DNA of 63,834 nt, filler included, from Octopus bimaculoides (Eukaryota): assembly GCF_001194135.2 (NCBI RefSeq). It is 6 parts of 6 records of this genome, joined end to end, with 100 filler letters (N's around TTAATTAATTAA, not from the genome) between each part and the next. Parts side by side here need not be neighbours in the genome. Positions count along the whole stretch, not along the records: positions 34,710 to 44,401 come from NC_069006.1; positions 44,502 to 47,742 come from NC_068984.1; positions 47,843 to 59,467 come from NC_068997.1; 3 more parts are not named here. The stretch is one strand, 5' to 3'. Shown here piece after piece: positions 38,380-51,407 of this stretch. Positions within the stretch are counted from its first letter, which is position 1, and every line of letters starts with the position of its first letter. Both the position numbers and the translations under genes were made by a program. The notes beneath the pieces were generated by a model, which worked only from the letters and a program-made list of their open reading frames with translations, had not been told where the DNA came from and did not search any database.

Positions 38380-38780
38380 AAACAGCATGAAAACTACTTT
38401 ATTTGGAACAATTAGAAAGAACAGAGTAGAACTTCCAAGTGCTTTCACAAATGGAAAAGAAAGACAAATGAACAGCACAATATTTGGATTTCAAAAGGAT
38501 TCTCTGATCCTATCTTATTGTCCCAAGAAAAATTATGGCGTCACACTAATGAGTACGAGGCACTCGCAGCCTTCAATTGATTCAAAAACTGCTGAGAAGA
38601 AACCTGAAGTTATTACATGTTACAACAAAAGAAAAGGAAGAGTAGAGACCCGAGATAAAGAATAACTCGAAGATGGCCTGTGGTTATATTCTACAACAGG
38701 ATTGATATAAGTGCAGTGATATAAGTTCATTGTTGCTAAACAGCTTCACTTGCAAAATTTCAAGGATAAAAGAAGNNNNN
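38380..38780 (+). mobile_element. piggyBac transposase remnant
   Basis: TLFGTIRKNRVELP...FGFQKDSLILSYCPKKN..TLMSTRH...KKPEVITCYNKRKGRVE.RD then RWPVVIFYN, typical of piggyBac DDD-domain C-terminal blocks. Confidence 0.8.
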
Positions 38781-38874
38781 NNNNNNNNNNNNNNNNNNNN
38801 NNNNNNNNNNNNNNNNNNNNNNNNNNNNNNNNNNNNNNNNNNNNNNNNNNNNNNNNNNNNNNNNNNNNNNNNNN

Positions 38875-39060
38875 NATACAGTACTCGTGCTTTCACGCAA
38901 ATGGTGGTCTCCGTCATCGTATCACCTGCAAGTTGCTTCTCGTTGATCCACAGGAGAGGCAATTTTTCCATCTCTTCGTGGACGAATATGCGTTGCTTAG
39001 TGAGCCTGGAGGCAACCTTCAGCTGTTGTAACGACCTTTATCTCGTCCTTTTACTTCAGG
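38875..39060 (-). mobile_element. Tigger/pogo transposase remnant (CENP-B HTH region)
   Basis: EEMEKLPLLWINEKQLAGDTMTETTICVKAR. Confidence 0.7.
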
Positions 39061-39723
39061 GTGGTGCAGACCGTCGACGCGCTTCGGTCGTATTGACGTG
39101 CTGTGTCCACTACACTCACTCCTCTCTCATGTTTATCAATGATTTTCTTCTTCAGTTCTATCGTAATCAGCTTCTTTTTCTCAGTACTGTTCTTTGCACT
39201 GACCTTCTTAGGACCCATGGCTAACACAACTAATTATTATAAAATAACAGCAAAATTTAAAAAAAAAAAACACAAAAAGGATGCTGTCACAACAAGAAAA
39301 ACACGTGGACTGAGCAAGCGAAAGCTGCGCTTGTTGGGAGAAAGTGTGTGAGCTCAGCGCCGACTAGCGGTCACTTGTATGAAACTCGCTCGTACTGCGG
39401 ATTTCCGCACGAATTTCAACGCAAAAATTCGCACGAGACTCGACTCGTACTACGATGCACTCGTACTGCGAGGTTCTACTGAATATATATATANNNNNNN
39501 NNNNNNNNNNNNNNNNNNNNNNNNNNNNNNNNNNNNNNNNNNNNNNNNNNNNNNNNNNNNNNNNNNNNNNNNNNNNNNNNNNNNNNNNNNNNNNNNNNNN
39601 NNNNNNNNNNNNNNNNNNNNNNNNNNNNNNNNNNNNNNNNNNNNNNNNNNNNNNNNNNNNNNNNNNNNNNNNNNNNNNNNNNNNNNNNNNNNNNNNNNNN
39701 NNNNNNNNNNNNNNNNNNNNNNN

Positions 39724-40963
39724 AATTTCAAACAAATTCATTCTAATATGGTGTAGGACCGCCTTTGGTAGTAATTACAGCTTGGATTCTACAAGGTATG
39801 GACTCGTACAAAGTTTCAATTGTTTCCAAAGGAATTTTTGTCCATTCTTCAGCTAAAACAGTCTCCAGTTCTTGTAGTGATGATGGTGGAGGATATCGAC
39901 TCCTTACTTATTTTTCTAAAATGCACCATAAATATTCAATAATATTGAGATATGGGGACTGTAGTGGCCAGATAAACTGTTCAACTTCACTAGAATGTTC
40001 CTCGTGCCATTCAGTAACAACTTTAGCTGTGTGAATTGGAGCAGTATCATCCTGAAAGATTGTTTCCCTTTGGAAAAAGTTCCGAAACCATAGGATGAAT
40101 TTGATAGGATAAAATGCTTAAATAGTCTTGACTATTAATTCAGCCATGAAGGGAAACCATTGGGCCGGCAGATTTCCCAGATACAACCCCCGCCTCCCAA
40201 TCATCACAGATCCTCCTCCATATTTAACAGTTGGAAGAAAGCAGTCTGGGTTAAATGCTTCTTTTGGCTGTCTCCACACGTATACTCGGCCGGTTGTCGG
40301 AAATAAGGTAACAGATGACTCGTCCGAGAAAATAACATTCTTCCACTGTTCTAGGGACCAATTTTGTAGATTTTTACTCCACTCTGAACGCTTTGCAACG
40401 TTTGTTTTTGAAAGTAGTGGTTTTCTGATTGCAGCCCTCCCGTGAAATCCGGCTTTGTGCAGCTCCTGACAAACAGTTTTTGTGGAAACTGGGTTCTCGA
40501 GGTGGTCATTAAGCTCTGCAGTAATTTTGGGAGCTGTACTTTTGTGATCCTTTCTAACAATTCGCATAAGAGTCCGACGGTTCCTATCTGAAAGTTTTGG
40601 TTTTCTTCCGGAGTTTTGTTTCGACGAGGAGGTTTTTGCCTCTTTCTCAAAGGCTGTCATTACTTTCAAGACAGTACTTCTTGATACACCAAGCATTCCA
40701 GCTGTTTTCATTACGCTATTACCTACCATACGACCACCAACAATTTGACCTCTTTGAAAGTCCAATAAATCTGTCGTTTTAATGAATTTTAATTACCTTT
40801 CTCCGATGGCATCTGAAAAGAAAGCGCAATTTTAGCAAAACATATTAAGCAACACTAATAATAAATCAAAAAACATAAAAATAAACAAGCTTTTGATGGT
40901 TTTATATATATTTCAAACTTATGATGCTATGGTGCGAAGTGTTTCCATTATTTTGTTCAACTC

Positions 40964-40966
<3 letters not shown>
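39724..40966 (-). mobile_element. Tc1-superfamily transposon with disrupted transposase (39743-40765), DD36E spacing
   Basis: HTH region GVSRSTV..GRKPKL, WKNVIFSDES, GGGSVMI, FQDDTAPIH...WPLQSPYLNIIE; two frameshifts and one stop; right end CAGGAGTTGAACAAAATAATGGAAAC next to (TA)n; left end in a gap. Confidence 0.9.
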
Positions 40967-41003
<37 letters not shown>

Positions 41004-41103
41004 TGTGTGTGCAGAAAAGCTCACTTGGAAAAGCTGATGGTTTTTATAAGTTGTGATCAATGAAAATGTTGTCTGAGACGTTAACAATTGAGGATATTAT
41101 ATA

Positions 41104-41761
41104 CAGACTGTCCTCATTTAACGACCTACCTATTTAACGACCACTCAGAGTTACGACGAACTTTACGAGCCGTCATTAGATATTTTACAAAATAGAGCTT
41201 GAGGCGATGGATTCAAATTTTGAGCGATTTTCCAAGGTGGAAAGGCAAACAACTGAACTTTTCCGATCTTGTCGAGAAATTTATGACGAAAAAAAGAAGA
41301 TAACAAAGCAAACAACACTGATGGGATTTTTCATGCATTTTGATGTCAAGAATGAGTTGCTTTTGTAATCTTTATCCAAAGTAAAACAAAATTATTATGT
41401 TTGAGTTTCCTTTTCACCTTTTCTATATAATCCCGAGAAAAGTTTATTAGGCATCTTACGTACTGGGCCTGGAATCACAAACATACGATGTCTGAGCTAC
41501 AATATTACAGTATCCATATCCTAACTTTTAAGGTTTTCCTTGGGATAATCTTACTGTTACTTATTCATCAATTTATGTTAGTGATTCTTGGCCCTGTACT
41601 GCATATACTTTATACAGTACGGTATTCTGTTTTTATATGCACGTACAGTACACTATACCTATAAAAGAAAATACGTACCCTATGGATATTCGTTTAACGA
41701 CGAATTTGCTTAACGACAGGGCTGTTGGAACGTAACTCGATCGTTAAATGAGGACAGTCTG
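41104..41761. mobile_element. Non-autonomous Tigger/pogo element
   Basis: Perfect 21-bp TIR CAGACTGTCCTCATTTAACGA, TA on both sides; internal ERFSKVERQ...CREIYDEKKKITKQTTL transposase C-terminus. Confidence 0.9.
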
Positions 41762-42174
41762 TACTACGAGAAAACGGAAGCAACTGAAATTCAAGAGTAA
41801 AAAATAAAATTAATTGCATTTCTCTTATGAGTTTGATAAACAATGTATTATTTATTTATTTATATTCATTTAGTGAGGCAAATATATATAAAAATGTTAC
41901 ACAATTTTCATTCAAATTATTGATGAGTTGTTCTTTTTAAATTTTTAGCAAATGGGTGTAAATAAACATGTAAAAATATGTATTATACATATGTATGACT
42001 TGTTAGTGAGATTTTCTTTCCTTTTTTTTCTTTTAAATTGGGAAAAAGTAGCGTGGACACAAGATGGTTTGTCCCTCGTTCCTGAAAAAGTGGGGTGTAC
42101 TTGTCCACTGGTACCCCGCCTCCCGAAACAAGGCCCCCCCTTTATTGCATACAACCCTTCTGACGTCCTCGCTG

Positions 42175-42787
42175 TGTGTTGAGACTAAAAGTCCTGCCTC
42201 TGTGATGATATTTGGCGCCGTGACAAGTGATGGAAGTGTCATAGATCCACACTTTATTAAGTCTGGTTTGAAGATCGACACAAAGGAGTATCTGGACATC
42301 CTGAAGAACTCTCTGTTACCTTAAATGGAGCAGAAGTTTGGGCTTGATAATGTGGGGCTTATCCAGGATTCTGCACCATGCCATGGTCAAAAACCAGGCC
42401 TTCCTTGACGAGAAGGGGTAATTTTTTTTATGGGGACCAACATCTGGCCCAGTGATAGCTCAGATCTCAACCTTCTCGATTACTTTTTATGGGGCGTATT
42501 TGAAGCAAGGACCAATGCTCCACCGCACTTGAGTGTCATCAGTTTGAAGATCTGTATCGTGCGCGTGACACGTAAAATCAAAATGGCGTAGGTTGCGGCA
42601 GCTTCAAAACAATTTCGTTCTCGTGTGGAGGCAGTAATTACCTAAAAGGGTGATTATACTGAATATTAAATGTTTACGTTGTAATAAATGATACATTAAA
42701 ATTATATGTCTACTACGATTATTTTAATATCTATAACCAGTTTTATGCTTCGAAAAAATTGTCCCAGTTTATTTGAAAGACTTTGTA
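42175..42787 (+). mobile_element. 5'-truncated maT (DD37D)-like transposon remnant
   Basis: TKSPASVMIFGAVTSDG...EYLDILK...IQDSAPCH...IWPSDSSDLNLLDYFLWG (D-type third catalytic residue); spacing not countable because of a frameshift. Confidence 0.7.
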
Positions 42788-43007
42788 TGTATATATATAT
42801 ATGTTCGTACCTATGTATCTATGTATGAGGAACACGTACAGATGCGCTTGTCTAGGCATACATACACACACACACATACGTACGTATGGATGTATATGGA
42901 TCTATGTATGAGAGAGAATTACACACTACAAATGCACTTGTCTAAACATGCAACTACATGTAGTAGTACACACTCTAAACAAAATACAAATTTGCACATG
43001 TACTAAC

Positions 43008-43112
43008 TCGAAATACATGCATCTGTCTTGTTGGTGTTGTTGAAATTCCAATGAAGGAGCCTTTCATATATGCTAGAATCTAGCTTTTTCTCCATTTGCA
43101 ACGAAGAAAAAC
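43008..43112 (-). CDS. Candidate symmetric (phase 1-1) 105-nt exon (FSSLQMEKKLDSSIYERLLHWNFNNTNKTDACIS)
   Basis: ttagttttagttctAG acceptor, only one open frame, GA/GTTAGT donor. Confidence 0.3.
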
Positions 43113-43742
43113 CTAGAACTAAAACTAAATAACATACATACGACCAGACAACACAAGCTATTTCAATGTACCGAATGTACTCATTCACTAATTGACGTAG
43201 GCCAACGACACTTAGTTCAGTGATACCAGCACCGGCTGCAAATCACTTCATTCACTGTTCAAAACAATAGCATTGTCACATGTTTCTCGGTTGAAAGCGT
43301 GGTTGTATAGTTGACCTTGTTTGTATGTATGTCAAAATTTAATACCATAATCCAGATGAGTTGAATGCAGATGGTATTTTCTTACCTTCCCCATTAAAAA
43401 AACCAAAAAACATGAAGGCGGTGAGGTAGCAGAATTGTTAGCACACCAGACTATGTTGGCTGTTGTAATCAACTAACTCCCTCCCCTCCAAAGTTTTAGA
43501 CCTTGTGTCTCTTAGTAGAAATAATTATTGGTTTCAAATTTTGACTCAAAACCAGAAATTTCAGGGGAGGGATATAGAATAATCAATTGGTACTTACCTT
43601 TTCAACCCTGAAAGGAAGAAAGACAAAGTCAACCCTGGTGGGTTTTGAATTCAGGACGTAAAGTGGGAAAGACATATCGCTAAGCATTTTGCTTGGAACG
43701 GTAACGACTCTCCCAGTTTGCTGCCTTAGTAGAAAGAATTTT

Positions 43743-44401
43743 GCAGCATTTCTTCCGGCATTTTATGTTTTGGGTTCAAATTCCCCCAAGGTCAATTTTG
43801 TTCTTCATCCTATCCTTTCCGGGTCGTTAAAATAAGCCCCAGTTGATTACTGAGGCTGATGTAATCAACCACCATCTGGCCCCCAAAATTTCAGGCTCAG
43901 CGCCTATAACAGGAAGAATTATCCCGAAGTACGACGAAGGGGATGAGCTAGCACAATCATTAGCATGCCAAACAAAATGCTTAGCAGCATTTCTTCCAGC
44001 GTTTTATGTTGTGTCTTCAAATTCCACCAAGGTTGACTTAGCCTATCATCCTCCGATCCCTTCTCAGTTGATAAAATCAGCCCCAGTTGAGGGCTGATTT
44101 AATTGACCACCGTCTGGTCCCCAAATTTCAGGCCTTGCGCCTATAGTAGGAAGAATTGTCCAGAAGCACGAAGGGGATGAGCTAGCACAATCATTAGCAT
44201 GCCAAACAAAATGCCTAGCAGCATTTCTTCCGGCGTTTTATGTTCTGTGTTCAAATTCCACTGAAATTGTCTTTGCCTATCACCATCCGATCCCTTCTCA
44301 GTTGATAAAATCAGCCCCAGTGCTCCACTGGGGCTGAGTTAATTGACCACCGTCTGGCCCCCAAATTTCAGGCCTTGCGCCTATAGTAGGAAGAATTGTC
44401 C
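43743..44401 (+). repeat. Tandem array of about 238-bp units built from SINE family B body plus spacer
   Basis: GCAGCATTTCTTCC starts at 43743, 43984 and 44218; runs into a gap. Confidence 0.85.
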
Positions 44402-44532
44402 NNNNNNNNNNNNNNNNNNNNNNNNNNNNNNNNNNNNNNNNNNNNTTAATTAATTAANNNNNNNNNNNNNNNNNNNNNNNNNNNNNNNNNNNNNNNNNNN
44501 NATATATATGTATATGTATATGTATGATAGGG

Positions 44533-44834
44533 GGCGCAATGGCCCAGTGGTTAGGGCAGCCGACTCGCGGTCATAGGATCGCGGTTTCGATTCCCAGACC
44601 GGGCGTTGTGAGTGTTTATTGAGCGAAAACACCTAAAGCTCCACGAGGCTCCGGCAGGAGACGGTGGCGAACTCTGCTGTACTCTTTCACCACAACTTTC
44701 TCTCACTCTTACTTCCTGTTTCTGTTGTGCCTGTAATTCAAAGTGTCAGCCTTGTCACACTGTGTCATGCTGAATATCACTGAGAACTACATTAAGGGTA
44801 CACGTGTCTGTGGAGTGCTCAGCCACTTGCACGT
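44533..44834 (+). mobile_element. SINE family C
   Basis: Near-identical to the 37727 copy. Confidence 0.9.
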
Positions 44835-45199
44835 GAAAAGTAGGCGGGAAGCCTTTACAGAAAATCGAGCGTGCGTATGTTTATCTATGTAGCAATGCAT
44901 TAGCATACATATGTGCACACACACACACTAGCGCACATATTTTTTGTGCGCTAGTGTAAATGTTTAGTGTGCGTTCTGTTATGTAAAGTAAATTATAGCC
45001 AAAGAAACTTATAATGAGAAGTAAAGGGAGTGTAAGAGATAAAAAGTGAGAAGGAAATCTTTAGAACTGACATTTTATACGTATATCATATTGGCCAAAG
45101 ATAGATAGATGTAAAAACAAATGCGTCATAGGCAAAATAAATTTATTTCGGGCGGTAGGCGAACCAATCAAATTGTTGGGAAGTTCGTATCCTGTTGTC

Positions 45200-45800
45200 A
45201 ATGTTCAGTATACAGAGAAGACATTTTCACATTCAACTAATCAGTTCATCTAGCTCTTCTTGTATGAATCAGACAGGGTTGATAAAATTCGCTTCTGTAA
45301 GTAGGGACAATGTTATGACATTGACCAATGTTTCGTTAGTTTGCAGTGAGTTCAATTTTTGCAGTGTGCCTGGATGATGAAAAGGGAGGGTTAACTATTT
45401 TAAGATCTATTGATGAAGACTGCATATTCAGAGGTGATGTTCCACTTCTAAAATGACCCATTAAAGTTACAAGAGATCAGTGATTGGCAGAGCTCTCGAA
45501 AACTGACTCAATGTAGTATCAGATGAGCAGTGGACCACTGTGATGTTTCTGTAGCAAAGATCCTTAACCTCTCAGCTGTTATCAATTATGAAGCCCAATA
45601 CTGTACAGTCCACTGTAAAGATCGACACGGTGTTGATTGGAAGTCCTGATTTCGTATTTTTCGGAGGTGTGTTTTACTATCATTTGTATGGTAGGAGGTG
45701 CTGTTGGGTTCCAATGGTTTCAACAAAGCCTAAATCTCCCTGTAAGCGAAACATGTTCCCTGTTGAGTCTTTTATCTGCGCCTTTGATTAAACCAGGTAT
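45200..45800 (-). mobile_element. Possible very old CR1/L2-like ORF2 remnant
   Basis: Coding-like degraded text with only faint resemblance. Confidence 0.3.
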
Positions 45801-46960
45801 TTGAACCTCTTTGGATTTCGATTTTTGATCGAAGCATTTGCATCTTTAATGCTTTGCGATACATGATCTTAGACATAGCACCTGGTCAAGAAGTTTGCAT
45901 CGCAGATAAGTGGTTCTAAGTTCGATTCTGCTACGTAGCAGTTATGCTAAGTGTTTAACTACCATAGTTTCGGATCGAACCAAGTCTTGTGAGTAAAATT
46001 TTGTAGAAGATTCTGGAGGAATGTCCGTCAGATGTGCAATACCTATTTTTGATTGATCAACATAATTTGTTGATCCGGTGTATTCTGTTAAAGGCACTCC
46101 GGTTTGAGAATAACCATGTATCATTATGCGCTGTTTGCTATTGCAGTAACCTATGAATTGTGATTTATCTCTTCTTTTTTGCTAGCAGTATCACAGATTC
46201 TGTTAAGAAAAAGTCTTGGGAGCAGACCTTTCTCTTCTGACTTTACCATTAAAAAAATTGAATTCTTTTCCTTCTCTTATAAACTGGAGCCATCGTGCTA
46301 TTTGTTCGTGTAATAAGTTGTGATTTAAAGTAAATCCAAATATATTATTTTTAAGGCAAATCTGTTGTAACAAACGTCATTCAGACCAGTCTAAAATTAG
46401 TGTACGATTCGTGAAGTTAACTGTGCCACTTTATCACCTGAGCCATGCGACAATCTTTAGTGCATTTGTCCTCATTAGGTCCAACACTATCAGACAACAA
46501 TATGTCAATCTCAGTATCTTTCTTTGCTTCCACACGAACAATTTACTCTTGTTGGTGTGACTTTAATGCTTGTGTTGACAAGGTGAAGAAAGACGGCTAA
46601 AAACTCTTCTCACAAACATATTCACTTGTTCACTTTCCTGAGAATAAAGATCCCTAACAGGCTTTCTTGTAAACATGCTGGTGGTCAGAGCCAGCCCTGC
46701 TGATGGTAACTTATCGTTCTTTTATATAGGCATTTGTTGTGTGCGCATTGTGTAGTTATGTATGTACGTATGTATGTATGTATGTATGTATGTATGTATG
46801 TATGTATGTATGTGTATGTGTATGTGTATGTGTGTGTGTGTGCAAAGTTTAGGTTAGTTAAAATAAGCCTGTGGCATATTTCAACTACTAAAAACATATT
46901 TTAACCAATCTAAACTTTGCTTGTGCCTAAACACTGCTTGGGGCTAATATTACAGTAACA

Positions 46961-47033
<73 letters not shown>

Positions 47034-47043
47034 NNNNNNNNNN

Positions 47044-47095
<52 letters not shown>

Positions 47096-47334
47096 GAAAG
47101 AGAGAAGTGAGAGTGAGAGAGAGAGACAGACAGACAGACAGAAAGAAATACATATATGGATAGATGGATGGATAGACAGACAGGCAGACAAGCAAACAAA
47201 CAGGCAGGCAGACAGACAGGCGGACAAGCAAACAGACAGGCAGGCAGGCAGGCAGGCAGACAGACAGGCAGACAGGCAAACAGATAAATATATAGATACA
47301 GATATAGAGATACCACACTATCAACCACCAGACT

Positions 47335-47600
47335 ATCGGATATTCTTATATAACGCTGGTCACAATGCAGTTCCTTGAATTGTTTTTGCTTTCGAATGAT
47401 GACACCTCGCTGGTAACACGAGCAGGCCAGACTAACCCTGTCCAGTCCATTGCAGGTTTACTCTTTTACAGCTAAATGGACTGGAGCAACGTGAGATGAA
47501 GTGTTTTGCTCAAGGATACAATTCACTACCGGTTTGAGAATCGAAACAACGATCTTGCAATCGTGAAAGCAACACCTTTAATGAACTGTTCACGCGCCTT
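47335..47600 (-). mobile_element. SINE family D
   Basis: TGGACTGGAGCAACGTGAGATGAAGTGTTTTGCTCAAGG block. Confidence 0.7.
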
Positions 47601-47669
47601 CACAGCTATAGATATCTACATATGTATAAATATACATACATACATACATGCATAAATGTATATGCAAAC

Positions 47670-47715
<46 letters not shown>

Positions 47716-48419
47716 TATACACACACATATATATGTATATATNNNNNNNNNNNNNNNNNNNNNNNNNNNNNNNNNNNNNNNNNNNNTTAATTAATTAANN
47801 NNNNNNNNNNNNNNNNNNNNNNNNNNNNNNNNNNNNNNNNNNTATATATATATATATATATATATGATATATCTATATTCATACATATATGTATATGTAT
47901 ATATCATATATATCATATATGTATTTGTATACACGTATACACACATATATGTATGTATGTATATATATACACACTCACACATACAAAGAGGCACATATTC
48001 TTAATACTATTAGAGAATAAGGAATAGGTAGAAAAATACAGGTATTTGATTGATCGATACATATAATACAATATTTGAGTGTACATATCTATGATTATAT
48101 GAATGTATGTGCATACACACACACATATACCTATATTTCTTGTTATGCTTGGAAGCGGTGCACGTTATCAGAACACGAAGTCACAATGGGCTGATGTCGT
48201 ATAACGTATAATAATAAAGTCAAGCTAAATATTGGTATTTTGAATTCATTTAATACGCACGTTTCAGATCATTGCGCAAGAGTTATCTTAACTGAGTGAG
48301 GTGTTGTGTAGGAGACGAATAATTTCACTTTTTAAACTTTTTGGGGCAATGATCAGAAACGTGCGTATCAAATGCATGCAAAACATCAATATGCAGACAC
48401 ACACACACATATGCATGCC

Positions 48420-48481
<62 letters not shown>

Positions 48482-48540
48482 NNNNNNNNNNNNNNNNNNN
48501 NNNNNNNNNNNNNNNNNNNNNNAGAGAGAGAGAGAGAGAG

Positions 48541-48591
<51 letters not shown>

Positions 48592-49068
48592 CAGATAGAT
48601 AGATAGATAGATAGATAGATATAGCTCGCTCTTTGTTTATCTATCAAACCCACCCTCTCTCTGTATATATACAAACGCACGAAGATTCCGCATTGTCTCA
48701 CTGCATGTTCTGTTAAAAGTTGCTGTCAGATCGTGAAACTAAAGACATGGCGGCTTATTGAGTTCCTTGGCGTTTTCTTACTTTGATGGATGCTTAAAAA
48801 TGTTTACTGTGCTAAGTCTAGGACGAAATTCATTTTGTAACACAGCGTTCCACACCAATTATTCTCCACTACTACCATCACTATAAGCAGCAACCATTGC
48901 TATACTACACCCTATGCAATCATACAATTCACCACTGCATATAGATATGTACAATGTGATACTCAGTTAAACTGGAGCAAAGTTTATCTCGAAAACCAAA
49001 TCTGTTAGTGACGCCTAATTTTTCAGCCAATTGTACTTACAAACATAGAAGTATTAGGTCAGAGAAGG

Positions 49069-49210
49069 CACGTAGCTCAGTGGTTAGGGCATTCGACTCA
49101 CGATCGTAAGGTCGTGAGCTCAATTCCCAGCAACGCGTTGTGTCCTTGAGCAAGACCCTTTATTTCATGTTGCTCCAGTCCACTAAGCTGGCAAGAATGA
49201 GTAGGACCTG
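49069..49210 (+). mobile_element. SINE family D
   Basis: GCACGTAGCTCAGTGGTTAGGG A-box head, then GTGTCCTTGAGCAAGAC. Confidence 0.8.
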
Positions 49211-49289
49211 TAGTTCAAAGGGGCCAGTCTTGTCCCACTCTGTTTCTCGTTGAATCTTCCTGAGAACTACGTACCCCCGCTACAGAAAT

Positions 49290-49751
49290 CACCGCCACCA
49301 CCTCCACTACCACCTCCACTACCACCTCCACTACCACCTCCACTACCACCTCCACTACCACCTCCACTACCACCTCCACTACCACCACCGACAACAGCAA
49401 CAGCAAAAGTAAGATAATTCTCAGTTCAATTACTTCCACAAACTTCTGTTGAAAAGAATAAACAAAAAAAGAAAAAAGAAGAAAAGAAAAAGGAAAAAAC
49501 CACCTTAATTACTATCACCACTACCACGACGACGATGACGGAGGTGACCACCACTACCACCGCAACCACCACCACCACAAGCAGCACCAGCAGCAGCAAC
49601 AACAGTAGCAGCAGTACCATAACATGAACAAAAACAAAAACAATTATCGCCATCATCATCATCATCATCACCACCATCGTCATCATCATCATCATCACCA
49701 CCATCATCATCATCACCATCGTCATCATCACCACCATCATCATCACCATCG

Positions 49752-49783
<32 letters not shown>

Positions 49784-49839
49784 TTCATCACCACCATCGT
49801 CATCATCATCATCATCATCACCATCACCACCACCACCGC

Positions 49840-49875
<36 letters not shown>

Positions 49876-49877
49876 TG

Positions 49878-49911
<34 letters not shown>

Positions 49912-50265
49912 TGTTTNNNNNNNNNNNNNNNNNNNNNNNNNNNNNNNNNNNNNNNNNNNNNNNNNNNNNNNNNNNNNNNNNNNNNNNNNNNNNNNNNNNN
50001 NNNNNNNNNNNNNNNNNNNNNNNNNNNNNNNNNNNNNNNNNNNNNNNNNNNNNNNNNNNNNNNNNNNNNNNNNNNNNNNNNNNNNNNNNNNNNNNNNNNN
50101 NNNNNNNNNNNNNNNNNNNNNNNNNNNNNNNNNNNNNNNNNNNNNNNNNNNNNNNNNNNNNNNNNNNNNNNNNNNNNNNNNNNNNNNNNNNNNNNNNNNN
50201 NNNNNNNNNNNNNNNNNNNNNNNNNNNNNNNNNNNNNNNNNNNNNNNNNNNNNNNNTCATCGTCG

Positions 50266-50303
<38 letters not shown>

Positions 50304-50385
50304 GTCATTGCCATCATCATCATCATCATCATCATCGTCATCGTCGTCGTCGTCATCATCATCATCATCATCCTCATCCTCCTCC

Positions 50386-50417
<32 letters not shown>

Positions 50418-50600
50418 GTCATCATCGTCGTCACCATCGTCACCATCGTCACCGTCATCATCATCATCGCATAAGCTGTCACCGTTGCCACTCCGCCACC
50501 AAAGACCAACAGAATCAACAACCACCAACATCACAAGCAACAACCATAGCAACTTGCAATGATAGTAGTAGTAGTACTAGTAGTAGTAGTAGTAGTNNNN
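49290..50600. repeat. (ACCACCTCCACT)n, (CAT)n and (TAG)n low-complexity block with gaps
   Basis: Direct reading. Confidence 0.9.
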
Positions 50601-51375
50601 NNNNNNNNNNNNNNNNNNNNNNNNNNNNNNNNNNNNNNNNNNNNNNNNNNNNNNNNNNNNNNNNNNNNNNNNNNNNNNNNNNNNNNNNNNNNNNNNNNNN
50701 NNNNNNNNNNNNNNNNNNNNNNNNNNNNNNNNNNNNNNNNNNNNNNNNNNNNNNNNNNNNNNNNNNNNNNNNNNNNNNNNNNNNNNNNNNNNNNNNNNNN
50801 NNNNNNNNNNNNNNNNNNNNNNNNNNNNNNNNNNNNNNNNNNNNNNNNNNNNNNNNNNNNNNNNNNNNNNNNNNNNNNNNNNNNNNNNNNNNNNNNNNNN
50901 NNNNNNNNNNNNNNNNNNNNNNNNNNNNNNNNNNNNNNNNNNNNNNNNNNGTGATGATCATTGTCTACGTGTGTGTATGGATTAGCCATCTCTTTGATGG
51001 AGTGCTTCTTAGTATGTTAGTGTCTAACAAGATATGGTGGTTGTCGTTGATGTTGTTGTTGTGGTGGTGGTAATGGTTGTGTTGATTGTGTATATATGTG
51101 CATGTATGTGTGTATGTATGTATGTATGTATGTATGTATGTATGTATGTGTGGATGGATAGATGGGTGGATAGATGGGTAGATGGGTGGATGATTGGATT
51201 GATATGTCAGTGAGTATATTCATTCATATGAATATTTACATTTATGTGTGTATGTGTGTGTGTGTGTATGTATGCATGCAAATGTACACACGTTTTTCAT
51301 ATTTGAGCAAATGAATATATATGTATAAGGAAGTAGTGAGTATAGACATGTGCTTATATATACATACATGCATAC

Positions 51376-51407
<32 letters not shown>

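Noticed and set aside
49426-50562. Long poly-His, poly-Met and poly-Asp ORFs
   Set aside because: Translations of (CAT)n repeats and N gaps, open in several frames and on both strands
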